A stretch of DNA of 64,000 bases from the human T2T-CHM13v2.0 reference genome, Homo sapiens. Below the pieces are notes generated by a model that searched no databases, was not told the origin of the DNA, and was given only the letters and a program-made list of their open reading frames with translations. Positions 1 to 57,121 of this stretch are shown piece by piece (the first letter of the stretch is position 1; every line of letters starts with the position of its first letter). Both the position numbers and the translations under genes were made by a program. The stretch lies in assembly GCF_009914755.1 (NCBI RefSeq), contig NC_060933.1; one strand, given 5' to 3'.

Positions 1-203
1 CCCAGGAGTTCAAGAACAGCCTGAGCAACATGGCAAAACACCATCATTACAAAAAATACAAAAAAAAAAAAAAAAATTAGCCTGGCATGGTGGTCCCAGC
101 TACTCAGGAGGCTGAGGTGGAAGGATTACCTGAGCCTGGGGAGATCGAGGCTGCTGTGAGCTGTGATTGCACCACTGCACTCCAGTATGGGGGACAGAGT
201 GAG
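1..203 (+). mobile_element. Alu (AluJ-like), cut by the window edge
   Basis: Alu linker and right arm. Confidence 0.9.
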
Positions 204-470
204 TAAAATTAATGGCTAGAAACTAGTCTTTAATAAATGAGGTTGGGAGGAGGTTTGCGGCGCTCTTACGTCGCATGGTGGAGAGATATAGCCATAGGGA
301 GTTAGCTGCTACTGTGAAGTTGACAGTCAAGTGGGCTTTGGAACCACAGGTACAAACTGCTTTCTACATGGGGTTCTGCTGAATGGAAGATGGGGAAAGG
401 ACTTTGATTTATGCTAAGAACATGCCATAGAGACATCACAAGCCTGACTTACAGTCAGAGAGATGTCTTT

Positions 471-598
471 TTAGGTTGAACCCATATGAAACTGGCTTTT
501 TACAGGTTGAAAATGGTTGAATGTTGATTCAAGCAGCAGAGAGAAAAAAAAGGAAAAAGTAGTTGAATATTGACAATTTCATATGGTTCACCTTAATA
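471..598. mobile_element. MADE2-like mariner MITE with internal insertion
   Basis: Inverted termini ttaggttgaacccatatgaaa ... tttcatatggttcaccttaa. Confidence 0.7.
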
Positions 599-1063
599 TG
601 CTTAAGAGGCCCAGCACTAAACATTGCTATGGACTTAAAGCTCTGCAAACAAATGCAGACTGCTTTTCTGCCTAGAACAAGTATATAAGGGAGGGTGGAC
701 AGAGATTGGTTCTTATACACCAATTTCAGCAATGCATTGAGCATTGATCACAGTGATTGCCAGGGATAGGCATGCATTAATGCTGGGGTCAATCAGTTCT
801 TCTCTGGGATTTTATAAAGAGATATTTGGTGAGAAATTTGCTCTTTCACACTAAGTCATCACTTAACTTCATTACAGTCAACTGGAAGTAAATTGTCTCC
901 TAGCTGCTTGTTGTCATGTTCTCTGTCTTGTGACAATTCTAAGAAAATTAGGCCAACAAAAGCACTTGCTGAAACAAGTAACAAAAAATCCTGATACTAT
1001 CATTTTCCATCAGTGAGCCAGTGTAATTCTTTTTTCTCCCCCAATTAAGCTGATCTGAGTTGA

Positions 1064-1339
1064 TTTTTTTTTTTTTTTTCTTTTGAGACAGCCTCGCTGT
1101 TACCCAGGCTGGAGTGCAATGGTGCGATCTCGGCTCACTGCAACCTCCGCCCCCTGGGTTCAAGCGATTCTGTCTCAGGCTCCTGAGTAGCTGAGACTAC
1201 AGGCATGCACCACCATGCCTGGCTAATTTAGAGGGTTTCACCGTATCAGTCAGGCTGGTCTTGAACTCCTGACCTCAAATGATCCCCCGCCTCGGCCTCC
1301 CAAATTGCTGGGATTACAGGCATGAGCCACAGTGCCCTG
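1064..1339 (-). mobile_element. AluS
   Basis: Antisense Alu; TSD ctgatctgagttgattt. Confidence 0.93.
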
Positions 1340-1391
1340 TCTGATCTGAGTTGATTTCTGTCACTTGCAACCTGAAGTCCTAATTAATACA

Positions 1392-1440
1392 ACATAGTAC
1401 AGCATAAGTACAGCATAGTACAGCATAGTACAACATAAGT
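1392..1440. repeat. Degenerate 10-11-bp tandem repeat (CATAGTACAG) x~5
   Basis: aacatagtac agcataagta cagcatagta cagcatagta caacataagt. Confidence 0.85.
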
Positions 1441-1843
1441 CCTTCCATGCTCTGAACAGCATTTTTCTCTTCAGCCTTTCCTAGAAATACACTCTTCAGG
1501 CCTATTCAACAACCCTACCTACACTTATTGTATCTAAGATTCATTTTAAGTATAACTTATTTAAAACATTTCCACATCACTTCCATTCTCAATCCTCCTA
1601 AAATTAACCACTTCTTTTTTTGCAACCCACTATTCTCCCTACAGAGTGTCCAGAACTCTTTACTGCAGGCACTTGCTCAGTATCTTCTCCAATATACTGT
1701 TAGTTCCCAGGAACTATGCATATATATTTTTGTAGTCTCAACACCTGATACATTACCTGGAAGAAGCTAGGGATGCAAATATTTGTTAAAATTCTAAACT
1801 GATAATTTCAGGACCCACACAGAGCTTCTTTCTCTATCACCCT

Positions 1844-2325
1844 TGTGGCAAATTGCATTAATGACCCCAGTTCTTCACCTCTCCCTATATCCACAGCTTG
1901 CCATGTAATTTGGCAGTGCCCTCCTGCTACAGGTGAGACCTAATTCCCTACCCTTCTGCTACGCCATCTAACTTACTTTGGCCAAATGGATGTTAGCAGA
2001 TGTGCAGCAAGTGGAGTCTCAAAAAAAGCTTGTGCAATTAGGATGGTTGACTTGTGCTTCCACCATTATCATAAAAATTATATACCCAAAGTGGCCCACT
2101 GGTCCTAGAAGAAAGATGAGCAACAAGTAGAGCAGAGCTGCCTCAACTAAGCTACTCAGACGAGCCTAGCCTAGAGCTGAGTCCTCAGACAACCTGTAGA
2201 AACATGAATGAGCCCAGCCAGGACCATCCTACCCCAAGCTTGAAACTCCTGAGCTAAATAAAAACTATTATTTTTGTTGTTGGTTGTTGCACAGTATTAC
2301 TGTGGCTATAGTTAACCAATGTGCA
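1844..2325 (+). mobile_element. MaLR solo LTR (MLT1H-like)
   Basis: TG start, MLT1-type body and 3' end with AATAAA. Confidence 0.6.
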
Positions 2326-3746
2326 CTCTGTCTAAAAGAGACCCTTTCCCTGTATTTCTCTGTTAGCAGTAAGAAGTCTTCAAAACTGGTTTGATATTGT
2401 CACTATTCGATACACAGAAGTCTTACAAGAAATCATGAGACCACTGCTAGGGCTGTAGTATGCATATATGTGATTTTTACAGTCCAACAGAAACACTTTC
2501 TTGCTGGGTCCTGGGGCACTATACGAAGTTTAAAAGAAGGGTAAGGATTTTGAGTTCTAAACAACTTTATAAATGTCCTTCAGGATTACCCCCTGCCCCA
2601 AGGGCATTTCTTCCACAGTAGAAATAAAACCAAATTACTTTTTTCCCCCTTTTGTTTGTTTTTGTAAAGGCAATTATTCTTATTATTAAAGAACATGGTA
2701 GCCTTGTATTGTCTTTGGAAGAAATGCTTGCTGAGCATTTATGTGGCCATCATTTTGCTAGGCTTTTACATGAATCTTAAATTATTCATCTGTCATATGA
2801 AGTCCCACTGAACAGATGACTAACTGAGGCTGAGGTTAAGCAACTTGCCTTAATTCATTACTAAGTGATGGTAAGGCTATTGGAATATATGCCTTTTGAA
2901 CTCCAAAGCCAGTGCTCCTTCACTATATTATACTGCAGCTTTGGTTGCTATTACTACTGAAAATTTTGAATAATATAGAAATAAGTGAACATTTATTGAA
3001 TTTATTAGTTCCTTTGAGGACACAGGAATGAAAGAAATGTCATTTAATGGCTTAAAACCACTTTCTTTTGATCCATGTCATTCTTATATGGCACTAGCAG
3101 CCACTGTAGTTGCTATTAAAGTGGCTACTACAAACTGGTATTTTTCTTCATATTGATATCCAGTTTTGGCAACATCATTGATTAAATACTGTTATCTTCT
3201 CCATTGTTTGGTTACTACTGACTTGTCATACAGATTTGACTTCTTTCAGTTTCTACACCTGTGTAATACCTACCTCATAGAGATAATGAGGATAAACTAT
3301 GCATATACAACTAGAAAAGAATAAGTGCTTAATGCAGGCTGCCTAGTTGTTCTTTGCATTGTTATTTGGTTTGATTTAAATCAAGTTGCAAACTGTTGTG
3401 GTAAATGTTGCTACATAACTTGAAATGTGATGATCACAGCCATTCGGACATTTTATTTTTCTGATTTATCAAGTGTCCAGGAATTCCAAGGTCAGGTTTT
3501 AAGCCCCAACATCTCATTTTAGGCCTAGGACCAATATTAGACTATCTACTTTACAAAAGGACTTTAGGCAACTTTCTCCTCTTTACAGCTTCCATTACCC
3601 ACCTTATTCTGAAGACTATTTTACCCCTTAAGGAAGCTCATATATGATATAATCAAGACAAAATAACAAGTACATATCACCTGTAAAGTATTCCTACAAA
3701 TAGTTTAATCTCAGTGGAAACAAGCTTTCAGTTTATAGGAAATAGA

Positions 3747-4257
3747 TGTTGCAGGCCGACTCCAAGATAGCCCCCAGTGATCCCTCCCCTACTGGTATTC
3801 ACTGCCTTGCATAATCTACTCCCCTTGATTAACTTCCAACCAATACAATACCTTGATGTTGAGATGTCACTTCTGTGATTAGATTATAAAGATTCCAACT
3901 TTGGTCCTGCCAGCAGTCTCTCCCTTGCTGGCTTTGATGAAGCAACTTGCCACACTGGGGAGGCCCATATAGCAAAACTCAGAGAGGGCAGTCTTTGGCC
4001 AACAGCTAGCTAGGAATTGAGGTCCTCAGTCCAACCCCAAAAGATCTAAACAACAACGATGTGAGCTTGAAAATGAAACCTTCCTCAGTAGAGCCTTTAG
4101 ATGAGACACCAGCCTTGGCTGATACTTTACAGCCTCAAGAGGATCCACCTAAGCTGTGTTAGGATTCCTGAACCACAGAACATTTGAGATAATATGTGCT
4201 ATTTTAATCCACAAAGTTTTGGGGTCATTTATTAAGCAGCAATAGATAACCAATACT
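3747..4257 (+). mobile_element. MaLR solo LTR (MLT1E-like) inserted in an old L1 3' fragment
   Basis: cttgctggctttgatgaagc ... gcagcaatagataaccaatac MLT1 signatures. Confidence 0.75.
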
Positions 4258-4742
4258 AAAGGGTTGTAGAAAAATATTTTACAAACACAAAATGTGAGGT
4301 GCTTCACATGCTGGAGTGCCCTAAACATTTCAAAAAGTCACTGATAGTTTTAAAATATGAAAGACTATTCTAGATTAAGAAGTCAAAGAAGCATATATCT
4401 AAACTATTCATAGATACAGTACACAAACCTTGATTATTTAGATCTTTTTAAAGCAAGTTATAAAAGGCATTCTTAGAGCAATGAGGAAATTTGAAATATG
4501 GACTAGATATTAGATATTATGAAATTACTAATTTCCTTAAGTGTGATATTATCAGTGGCAAGTTATGTTCTTAAAAATGCCCTCATTCTTATAAGATGCA
4601 TATGGAAGTATCCAGTTGATAAGCATTTAAGTAATTTCAAAAAAAAGTACATACTATGGAGATAAAGCAAATCTGGCAAAATGTTAATAACTGTGGAATC
4701 TAGTTAACAAGTCCATGAATGTTCACTGTACTTTTCTTTCAG

Positions 4743-5045
4743 TTTTCTTTTTTTTTTTTTTGAGACAAAGTCTTGCTCTGTCAACACCCAGGCTGCAGTG
4801 CAGTGGCACAATCATGGCTCACTGCAATCCTGATCTCCCAGGCTCAAGTGATCCTCCCGCCTCAGCCTTCTGAGTAGCTGGAATTGCAGGCACGCAATAT
4901 CATGTCTGGCTAATTTTTAAATTTTTGGTAGAGATGCGATCTCTCTATGTTGACCAGGCTGGTCTTGATCTCTGGGCTTAAACGATGCTCTCGCCTCAGC
5001 CTCCCAAAATGCTGGGATTACAGGTGTGAGCCACTGCACCCAGCC
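4743..5045 (-). mobile_element. AluJ
   Basis: Diverged antisense Alu. Confidence 0.92.
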
Positions 5046-5295
5046 TTTTAAAATTTTTATGTATGAATATTTTTATTAAAAAGTTGAAGGAAAACTCATG
5101 AAAAAATGCTATTAAAGTCTTCAAAACTATTTATAATCACAAGTATACGGCATATAATTTCTACAGAAAATAATGCATTAGAAATTAGAATAGTTTTTTT
5201 TAAAAAGGATTGAATAACACTTTAAAGGCCTGGAATTTATCTAAGACTTCCAGGAAGGATGACATATCACAAATGGCCTTTTATGCATTTTATCA

Positions 5296-5555
<260 letters not shown>

Positions 5556-5789
5556 CTATGTAAAGAATCCATTTTTACCTATGCTTCTTCCATCACTTAA
5601 GATTATGAGGTAGATAATAAATTTCATTGCATTGCTATTTAGTTATAAATTCAGCTAGTCATATAAACAGTAACATACTCATCTAAAGGAACCTAATGCC
5701 AGAGAGAAGATAATAGTTATGAAATGGAGACAATAATAACTTAACTCTTTTGTAGGCAATGGGGTTTCAAATGCAATATGAAGTACATT

Positions 5790-6235
5790 AATTCCAAGAG
5801 TTGTACCACTAGAGGTGCGATGGCAATGTAAACAGTCTAAACAATGTACACTATCTTCATCTACCAATTCCATGTATAAAATGTTCCTAGGGAACTAGTA
5901 AGACTCTTGTGAGATTTGTCATTACCATTGCTTGATAGCTGAAAATTGGAAACAGTGCCAGTTAATAAGAAATGGGTATATCCATATGATAGAATATTGT
6001 ATTTATTAATGTGGAGCTCTTTGTACCAAATATAAGTTTAAAAATCAGGTTATCAAAGAGTATGTATGATACAACGCTTTTTTAATAAAATAAAATACAT
6101 TTACATACATAGTCACTATGCCACAAGATGTTAAGAATAGTTTTCTCTAGATAGTGGCCTTACAGGCAATTTTTATTTGGGGTGTGTGTGTTTTACTCAA
6201 TAAATATTTATTACTTTTGTATTCAGAAAAAACAT
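5790..6235 (+). mobile_element. Ancient L1ME-like 3' end
   Basis: Degenerate L1 3' motifs (aaaattggaaacag, ggtatatccatatgatagaata, attacttttgtattcagaaaaaa). Confidence 0.5.
6002..6007 (-). terminator. Distal polyadenylation signal AATAAA (last of a cluster 6002-6212)
   Basis: Plus-strand tttatt; three hexamers within 210 nt. Confidence 0.5.
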
Positions 6236-7972
6236 TAAGAGAATCATAGGAAAGTTTAACTAAAAAAGAAAATCTTTAAAATATCATTAAATTATTTAAC
6301 ATATCCTTCAAGTGAGATTGTTTCCTTTTGCTAAGCTATATTTTGTAATCTCCACAACAAACATGAAATAGTAAAGTTGACATAAAAAAACTTGCACAGT
6401 AATAGGAAGCAGTGTTTACATTTTGCCACCCCTTACATTTTGAAGAGGGAACTCATATTCTTAACCAAGACTGTTTCTTATCATTATTCAAAGGTACCTA
6501 CTTTTCCTAAATATTGCAATTAAATTATTTGTACTTAAGAAAGCAGTGTATTGTAAAGGAACCAGCCAGACCTGGGTTAAATTCCTAATTTTGCCATTTA
6601 ACTTTGACATAACCACCTAAACCCAATCAAAAAACGAAAAGTATAGGTACTCAACTGAGCCAGTGAACAGAATATTTAGTCCAGGTACACACCAGGTAGT
6701 TCCAATTTAATACTCAGCAAAGTACATATCCCCTCTATTTACATTTTGCTCATTTCCTTTTGATATTCCAAAAGTTCTTACTTGGGTTACTCTTGACAAT
6801 TAGAACCTTTCTTGCCCATTTGGGGAACAATTATTCTTCTAAGGCTATAATTTGGCATTAAGCCAGGGGATTCATGGTTTTTACACCACGAGTATTGAGA
6901 ATGTTGCTATTTCTGGCAACGTCTTTATGAAAAGATCTTTCCCACTTTTGAAAATAGTTACGCTTCTCTCAAGAAACTGGGTTACCTCAGACACAATAAA
7001 TTGTGTAATTAATGTGATGGTTCCTTCTTTGTGTTAATTGCTAGGATGTTCACACACATCTGTGATCTCTCTAGAAAGTATAGCATAGCATGTACTTTAA
7101 GTAGTTAACTCCCTCTTGGCTTCACTTTTTTTTTTCTGTTATATGATTCATCCTATTATGTCTACTTCTGAAAGCAGAGATAATACTGGCCCTCATTTAA
7201 AGGGGTTTTAAGGATTAAATATCAGTGTGTCTACTATTCTGCCTGGACCACATAGAGGGCTCAAAAATAGTAATTTCACATGACAGGTTCTAGACTTTCA
7301 AATAATACAGTTTGATGTACTCTTGCTTATGTAACCACCTGATAAAATTCAACATGTTCCAAATTCCCTTTGAAATAATGGAAAATGACAAAAATAAACA
7401 GCCAAATATCAAAACTAGAATGAAAAATGAAGTTACCTCAAATAGTGAAGGGCAAAAGAAACTGGATCTAAGCCTGGAGTTAAATTGAGACCTCGTCTGT
7501 CTGAACTGATACATGACTAACACAGCTTACCAACTGGCTTTTTCTTCATCTAAAAATAGGCCATTAAACAAATATACTTTAGGATTTATAAATGACAAAT
7601 CAAGAAATTATCTTATATTGTTTTAATATATGAATTTATAAATTATTTTATAAATTTAATATAATTTAAAAAATTTTAAAGTAGTTATCCTAAAACAAGA
7701 CCTTGAAATGTATCAGTGCTGTTCGAAGGATCTAGCAATGAAGGTGGAGAAGTTAAATAAAAGATAATTGACAACAACAGTTTGGTGTACATTAAGTAAT
7801 AAAAGCAAGTTATATGAGTAACAGCCCTTGTCTTCTTAGTGGCTAAGGTAAGGGGAAGATGTCATTGTCATTGTGTTGTTGCTGATTATAGCTTATTTTA
7901 AATTTGTGTTCACACTCTTGAAAATCTACCCAAATTACACAGGAAAATCTCACAGTTCAGCAGTGCAAAAAT

Positions 7973-7978
7973 TTTATT
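7973..7978 (-). terminator. Proximal polyadenylation signal AATAAA
   Basis: Plus-strand tttatt ~150 nt past the stop, followed on the minus strand by U/GU-rich sequence. Confidence 0.55.
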
Positions 7979-8125
7979 TCTGTTTCCCCTCCCCACCACT
8001 TTACAAGATGTAAAATTTTACTTAATCCACCGTATTCTCTTTTTTTAATTATCTGTTATCAGTCATGTCAAATGTGAGGAAAAAAACACTAATCAATTAA
8101 AAATATCCGTCCCTCTTCCCCACTG

Positions 8126-50089
<41,964 letters not shown>

Positions 50090-51051
50090 CTACAATTCCC
50101 ATAATGCCGCGCCAGCTGGCGTGGACATCCGGCGCGCCGAATCCGGATATTTTAAACCTGAGTCTTTCGCGCTGGGCATGGCGGAATGGCTGAGTGAGGT
50201 TGTTTGGTGTCTACTGTTAGGTCATCCTCACTGCTTTTCCCTGAGAATCTCGAGGTTTTTGCAAGTTAACCTTGTTTTTCAATTAAAACGAGAAAGCTTG
50301 AGGCCAAATTGGGAACTATTAATCATTGAACTATTCCTCCGTTTCAAGTTATCTGAATCTCCTACTCTCTGTTGTCAAATTTAGCAAATACGGTGGTCCA
50401 AGTCAATTTTTTAAAGGTATAACTACTTTTCTCTGGCGGCTTGTTAAAATGTAGATTCTGATTCAGTAGGTCTGAGTTAGAGCTGAGATACGTATTTTTA
50501 ACAACCCCGCCGCCCACCCACCCGTGGTGCTACTTGCTAGTCATTATCAGACCTTATTGAGTGCCAGGGTAAACATGACCTGTCTCCTTACTTTGTTTTC
50601 TTCCCATCCGCTATTCTCTCGCATCCAACTACACTTTTCCACAAACCTTTCTAAATTGCTAAGCCCAATTCACACTTTTCTGACTTCTCCCTTCCTAAAA
50701 CTCCTACTCTAGGTTTGGAATCACTTTTCCCCTGGTTTGGGAGATCATTCTTGAAATGCTGACTTTTGATACTTCTTTGCTATCATATCCCCTCCCTGGG
50801 TGGATTATTTACTACTTGGCTTATTTCTAGAGCTGTATTCCCATATTGTCTTCTCCAAACTCTAGATCTGTATTTCTAGCTATCTGTTAGAAATCTGTAC
50901 CAATTAGTCCTACTTAAATTATTTCAACATTTCTCTGGCCTTTCTACCCCTTCTCTCCAGCCAATCCTACACATTAAAATATAATTATCTTTCTGAAATA
51001 TACACTTAATTGTTTTTTCTCTGTTTGACAACCTGTGATGGCTTTCCATTA

Positions 51052-51351
51052 TTTTTTTTTTTTTTTTTTTTTTTTTTGAGACGGAGTGTCGCTCTGCTGC
51101 CAGGCTGAGTGCAGTGGCGCGATCTCGGCTCACTGCAACCCTCGCCTCCCGGGTTCAAGCGATTCCTGCCTCAGCCTCCCGAGTAGCTGGGACTACAGGA
51201 GCGCGCCACCATGCCCAGCTAAATTTTGTGTTTTTAGTAGAAACGAGTTTCACCATGTTGGCCAGGATAGTCTCAATCTCTTGACCTCATAATCTGCCCT
51301 CCTCTGCCTTCCAAAGTGCTGGATTATAAGCGTGAGCCACCACGCCTGGCC
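51052..51351 (-). mobile_element. AluS
   Basis: TSD ggctttccatt. Confidence 0.94.
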
Positions 51352-51908
51352 GGCTTTCCATTCTTATAGTACAGCATTACATAGGGCCTTTCACACAATC
51401 TCCCTAATCTGTTTTACTAGATTCATCTCCCTCTGTTATCTCTCTTACTCTAGACATTTCGAATTTGTCACAATTCCCTGAACACATTATGCTGTATGCT
51501 CTCCATGTCTCTATGCTCTTTGTACATGCATTTTTTTTTTAAACTTAGAATTCCACTTTCTCCATCTGTCATAGTTCAACACCAGTTTATCTTCTGTTTT
51601 TTTCTAGTTCCTCTGGGGAACCAATGCAGTTTTGTCTGTTGTCAATATAGTATTTACTGCATTCTAATATGTTCTTTTATGTCTGTCTTTTCTACCGGAC
51701 TACATTTTATTATTATCAAGACCTTTATTTTACATGAATCTTAACCATCTAATTTACTGCCTCCTATATAATAGGAAATGTTTTTCAACTTGGTATAGTA
51801 TTCAGTTTACCAATTTTCACAGTCTCTCATTTAGTTCTCACAATAACCCTGCAAGGTAGATAGTATTATTCCCATTTCACACATGAAGAATTTGCCTTGT
51901 TTAAAAAA

Positions 51909-53371
<1,463 letters not shown>

Positions 53372-54205
53372 GCTTGATAGGAGGTTAATGCTCAGTAGAT
53401 GTTATTGGTTACCTTAATGAATTAATGAATAACTGAAATAACTATTTTAATGTCACATAACTAGAACATAGTGCAGCTGGGACTAAAATTCTATGAACAC
53501 TAAATTGGGTTCTTGATACTTTAAAAATAATTTTAATGTTTTTATGTGTTCAGCAGTTCAAAGGTTTAAAACAAATCATTTATGTCAACTGTCTGTCTGC
53601 ATACAAATAACAATTCTGGATCCCCCTCCCATATGCCTGAAGGCATGAAGGAAAAATGTCCGTAATGACAGTAGTTCTCTCAGAGAAAATGCATGGAATA
53701 GTTGGGTAGCTGGACTAAACATCACAGTTTGTGTAAATTGAGGTAAACATCACAGTTTATGTTCTCAATATGATGTTTTCATTAAAATTTAATTTTAAAA
53801 GCCCTCAATGCACTGAGAACAGCATTAATGCAGATTATACAGGAATGAAGTTGGGGTCAATATGGTTCAGGGCTGGCAACTTAGTAGGAAAACCCAGGCA
53901 AACTAAAGAAAGGAATTGTAACAGGGATGGTATTTGGCTTGTGTGTGAAAGTGATGGTGACAGAATATTGTTTAGCATTTTTTTTTTAACTAAAATTCGC
54001 CACATAGACTCTGGTGCCAAAACTTTGGGCTGGTATAGCACAATACATACATGAAATAAAATATTAAAATGCATTGGAAAATGATAGAAATTTTACATGT
54101 ACAGATCTTAGAAAATTGAGGCTACAAATATGTCCCCCATAAGGGGAATGTTGAAAAAACAAAGTCCATATATATAAGAAAAAAACCCATAAAATGTGAA
54201 ATATG

Positions 54206-54495
54206 GGCTGGGCGCAATGGCTCACGCCTGTAATACTACCACTTTGGGAGACTGAGGCAGGTAGATTGCCTGAACTCAGGAGTTCACAACCACCCTGGGC
54301 AACACAGTGAAACCCCGTCTCTACTAAAATACAAAAAATTAGCCGGGTGTGGTGGTATGCGCCTGTAGTCCCAGCTACTCGGGAGCCTGAGGCAAAGAAT
54401 CACTTGAACCTGGGAGGCAGAGGTTGCAGTGAGCCGAGATAGCTCCACTCCACTCCAGCCTGGGTGAAACAGCAAGACTCTCTCAAAAAAAAACA
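54206..54495 (+). mobile_element. AluS
   Basis: TSD gtgaaatatg. Confidence 0.94.
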
Positions 54496-54811
54496 AGTGA
54501 AATATGAACTTCATCTTTAAGGATGGTTATCAGCTTCTAAATCACATTCGTCTTGCCAGTACTGTGGAACATGACAGAAAATGTTTCAAAGCTAATACAT
54601 TTCAATTTCCCAAAAGATAATTGTTTTCAAGCTTTTGGTGCCCAAAGAGGAGAAAAACATTCTTCTAGTGCCAATACATTTAGTAAGCGTTTTTCTTGGC
54701 TTTTAGTGAGTTTTTTTGTTAAACATTTAAGGACACTTTTTCCTTTGTTTTCATATGCTTTGAAATATTATCTAGATAATTGCATAATTCATTAAAAGCT
54801 GGCTAATGTGA

Positions 54812-55165
<354 letters not shown>

Positions 55166-55386
55166 GAAAGTTTATTTTTAAAAAGTAATAATAATGCATT
55201 CCTTGGTTTAAAATTCAAAAGACGTAAAGGATGCACATTTTCAAACCCTAACCACCCAGTTTTCCTCTCTGGAGGCTTATCAGTTTCTTGTGTTCTTCCC
55301 AAAGATTGTTTATACAGATGCAAGAAAATGTTAACATTGAATACTTACTCACCTTACTTTATATATCTTGGAAAACTCTCCATATT

Positions 55387-55856
55387 GTATGGGAAGAAGA
55401 AAGCTTTTCCTCTACCCTGTCATGTTCACTATTCAAGGGCCTATGAGTTAAACTGAAAAAAGACAGACTAACAGGAGAAAAATATCAATTTCTTATGCAT
55501 AAAACAGCCAACAAAAGCAGCAGCTGACTAGTCAAATGATTAAAGTTAAAGGCTTATATAACTAACTTAGTAGGGAAAATGGTGGGGGAGAAACAGCTTT
55601 TACAGGGAAAAAAATAGAAACATTGACTTTTAGGAGAACAAATAAGAAAGTTTGTGTTCACGTTCATCTATACAGTTAGGAGTGGTGTTCTTCCGGGCCA
55701 TAAGTTAGGGTATTTATGGTAGCATCATTCCCCAGAAATTTTGCTTTCAGTGAGATAAGGAACTCTCTGAGAAGGTTTTTTTCCCCCTTCATCAAATGCC
55801 TTCAGGTTAAAATAATATTTTTATACTAGCTCTGGGGTTCCTAGTCAGCCTCTGCA
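55387..55856 (-). mobile_element. ERV1 solo LTR (MER34-group-like)
   Basis: ttttcctctaccct...aaagacagactaacaggagaaaaa ... aaaataatattt signature. Confidence 0.55.
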
Positions 55857-56261
55857 ATATCAGTATACAAGGAGCATTCTTTTTTATAGATGGCCAAATT
55901 TTATGTGATTTTATGACTATAGCATTATTAATTCAGTGTTGTTTGATTTTTTTCCTAATCTTTCTCTGTAACAAACACTGCTCAAATAAATAACCTTGGA
56001 CATCAGCATATGTCATTTATATGTATAAATTCAGTGTGAATATATGCTCACTTCCTAGAAGTGGAGTTACTGGGTCAAAGGACATGTGCATTTGGATTTC
56101 TATAGCCATCTTCTTTCAATAGACACTCCTACCAGTGTATCCAAAAATCTTATTTCAGTTGATGTACATATTCACTAGTAAGTTCACTAACTTTTCTCTA
56201 TTTTACAGTAGAATACCTTAATGATGTCACTCCTCAAAGTGTCTTTTCTTTTTTAAGATTC

Positions 56262-56398
56262 ATTTTTGTTTTCATTTTTTGTAGGGGGGGGGTCTCACTA
56301 TGTTGCCCAGGCCAGTCTTGAACTCCTGGCCTTAGTGACCCTCCTGCCTTGGCCTCCCAAAATGTTGGGATTAGAGGCATGAGCCACCACACCTGGCC
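56262..56398 (-). mobile_element. FLAM_C / Alu left monomer
   Basis: Single antisense monomer. Confidence 0.85.
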
Positions 56399-56778
56399 AA
56401 AAAATTTATTTTCTTAAAAAACCTACAAACATCCTACAAAGACATTTTTGAGTTATTTTGTTAACATTTTTCTTCTGTGCACCCTGGGCTACATAAGCGT
56501 AACTGGCCATATTCAGTACCAAGTGGTATCCTCTTCATTGGGCCTTATTGCCCTTGACTCTACTGAGTACCCACTTGCTCCCTTCCCTACTCCCTCATTC
56601 TCCCTTTAAAACATCCAATCACTGCTGTACAAATCAAGGTTGAATTCCTTTCACATTGGACTATTTTCCCTATTGCAGTAGTAAATTATGGATAAAAATG
56701 TGTCCCTACTGTCAGGGTTTGTTATCTTTGACAACAAAAATAAACATATAACTGCAAGTTATAATGAGTGATATGTAG

Positions 56779-57121
56779 TGTTAAAATAATTAAATTGGAG
56801 GCCATTAGACTGAAGTCGCTCTAATGCACTGAGTTCCTACATGAGGAAACTGAAACTTAAAACGGAATCACAAGTGGCCAACTAGTCATCAGTTATATCG
56901 TCTTGAACTTCCCACAAGAACAGTCCAAATAAGGCAACTGCTCAAACTTTAACCAGTCAAATAATTTCTTTGCTGTGCTCTGCATTTACTCTCTGAAAGC
57001 TTTCAACTACCTCTGGGGGAGCCCCAAACCACTTATGATTTGGAGCTGCCTAATTCATGAATTGCTGTCTGTTCAAATAAGCTCTTTAAAATTTTAATGT
57101 GCCAAAGTTTACCTTTTAACA
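56779..57121 (+). mobile_element. ERV1 solo LTR (LTR37-like)
   Basis: tgttaaaataattaaattggaggccattag ... ccttttaaca. Confidence 0.75.

Larger units (their letters stand above)
5975..8125 (-). other. PLAA: PLAA 3' UTR (longest form; end approximate)
   Basis: Follows the stop codon; minus-strand AATAAA at 7973-7978, 6207-6212, 6172-6177 and 6002-6007. Confidence 0.6.

Noticed and set aside
255-275. Small CpG cluster near the window start
   Set aside because: Too short for an island, with no supporting motifs
53716-53758. 15-nt direct repeat taaacatcacagttt as paired forkhead sites
   Set aside because: Simple local duplication is sufficient; the motif is common in AT-rich DNA
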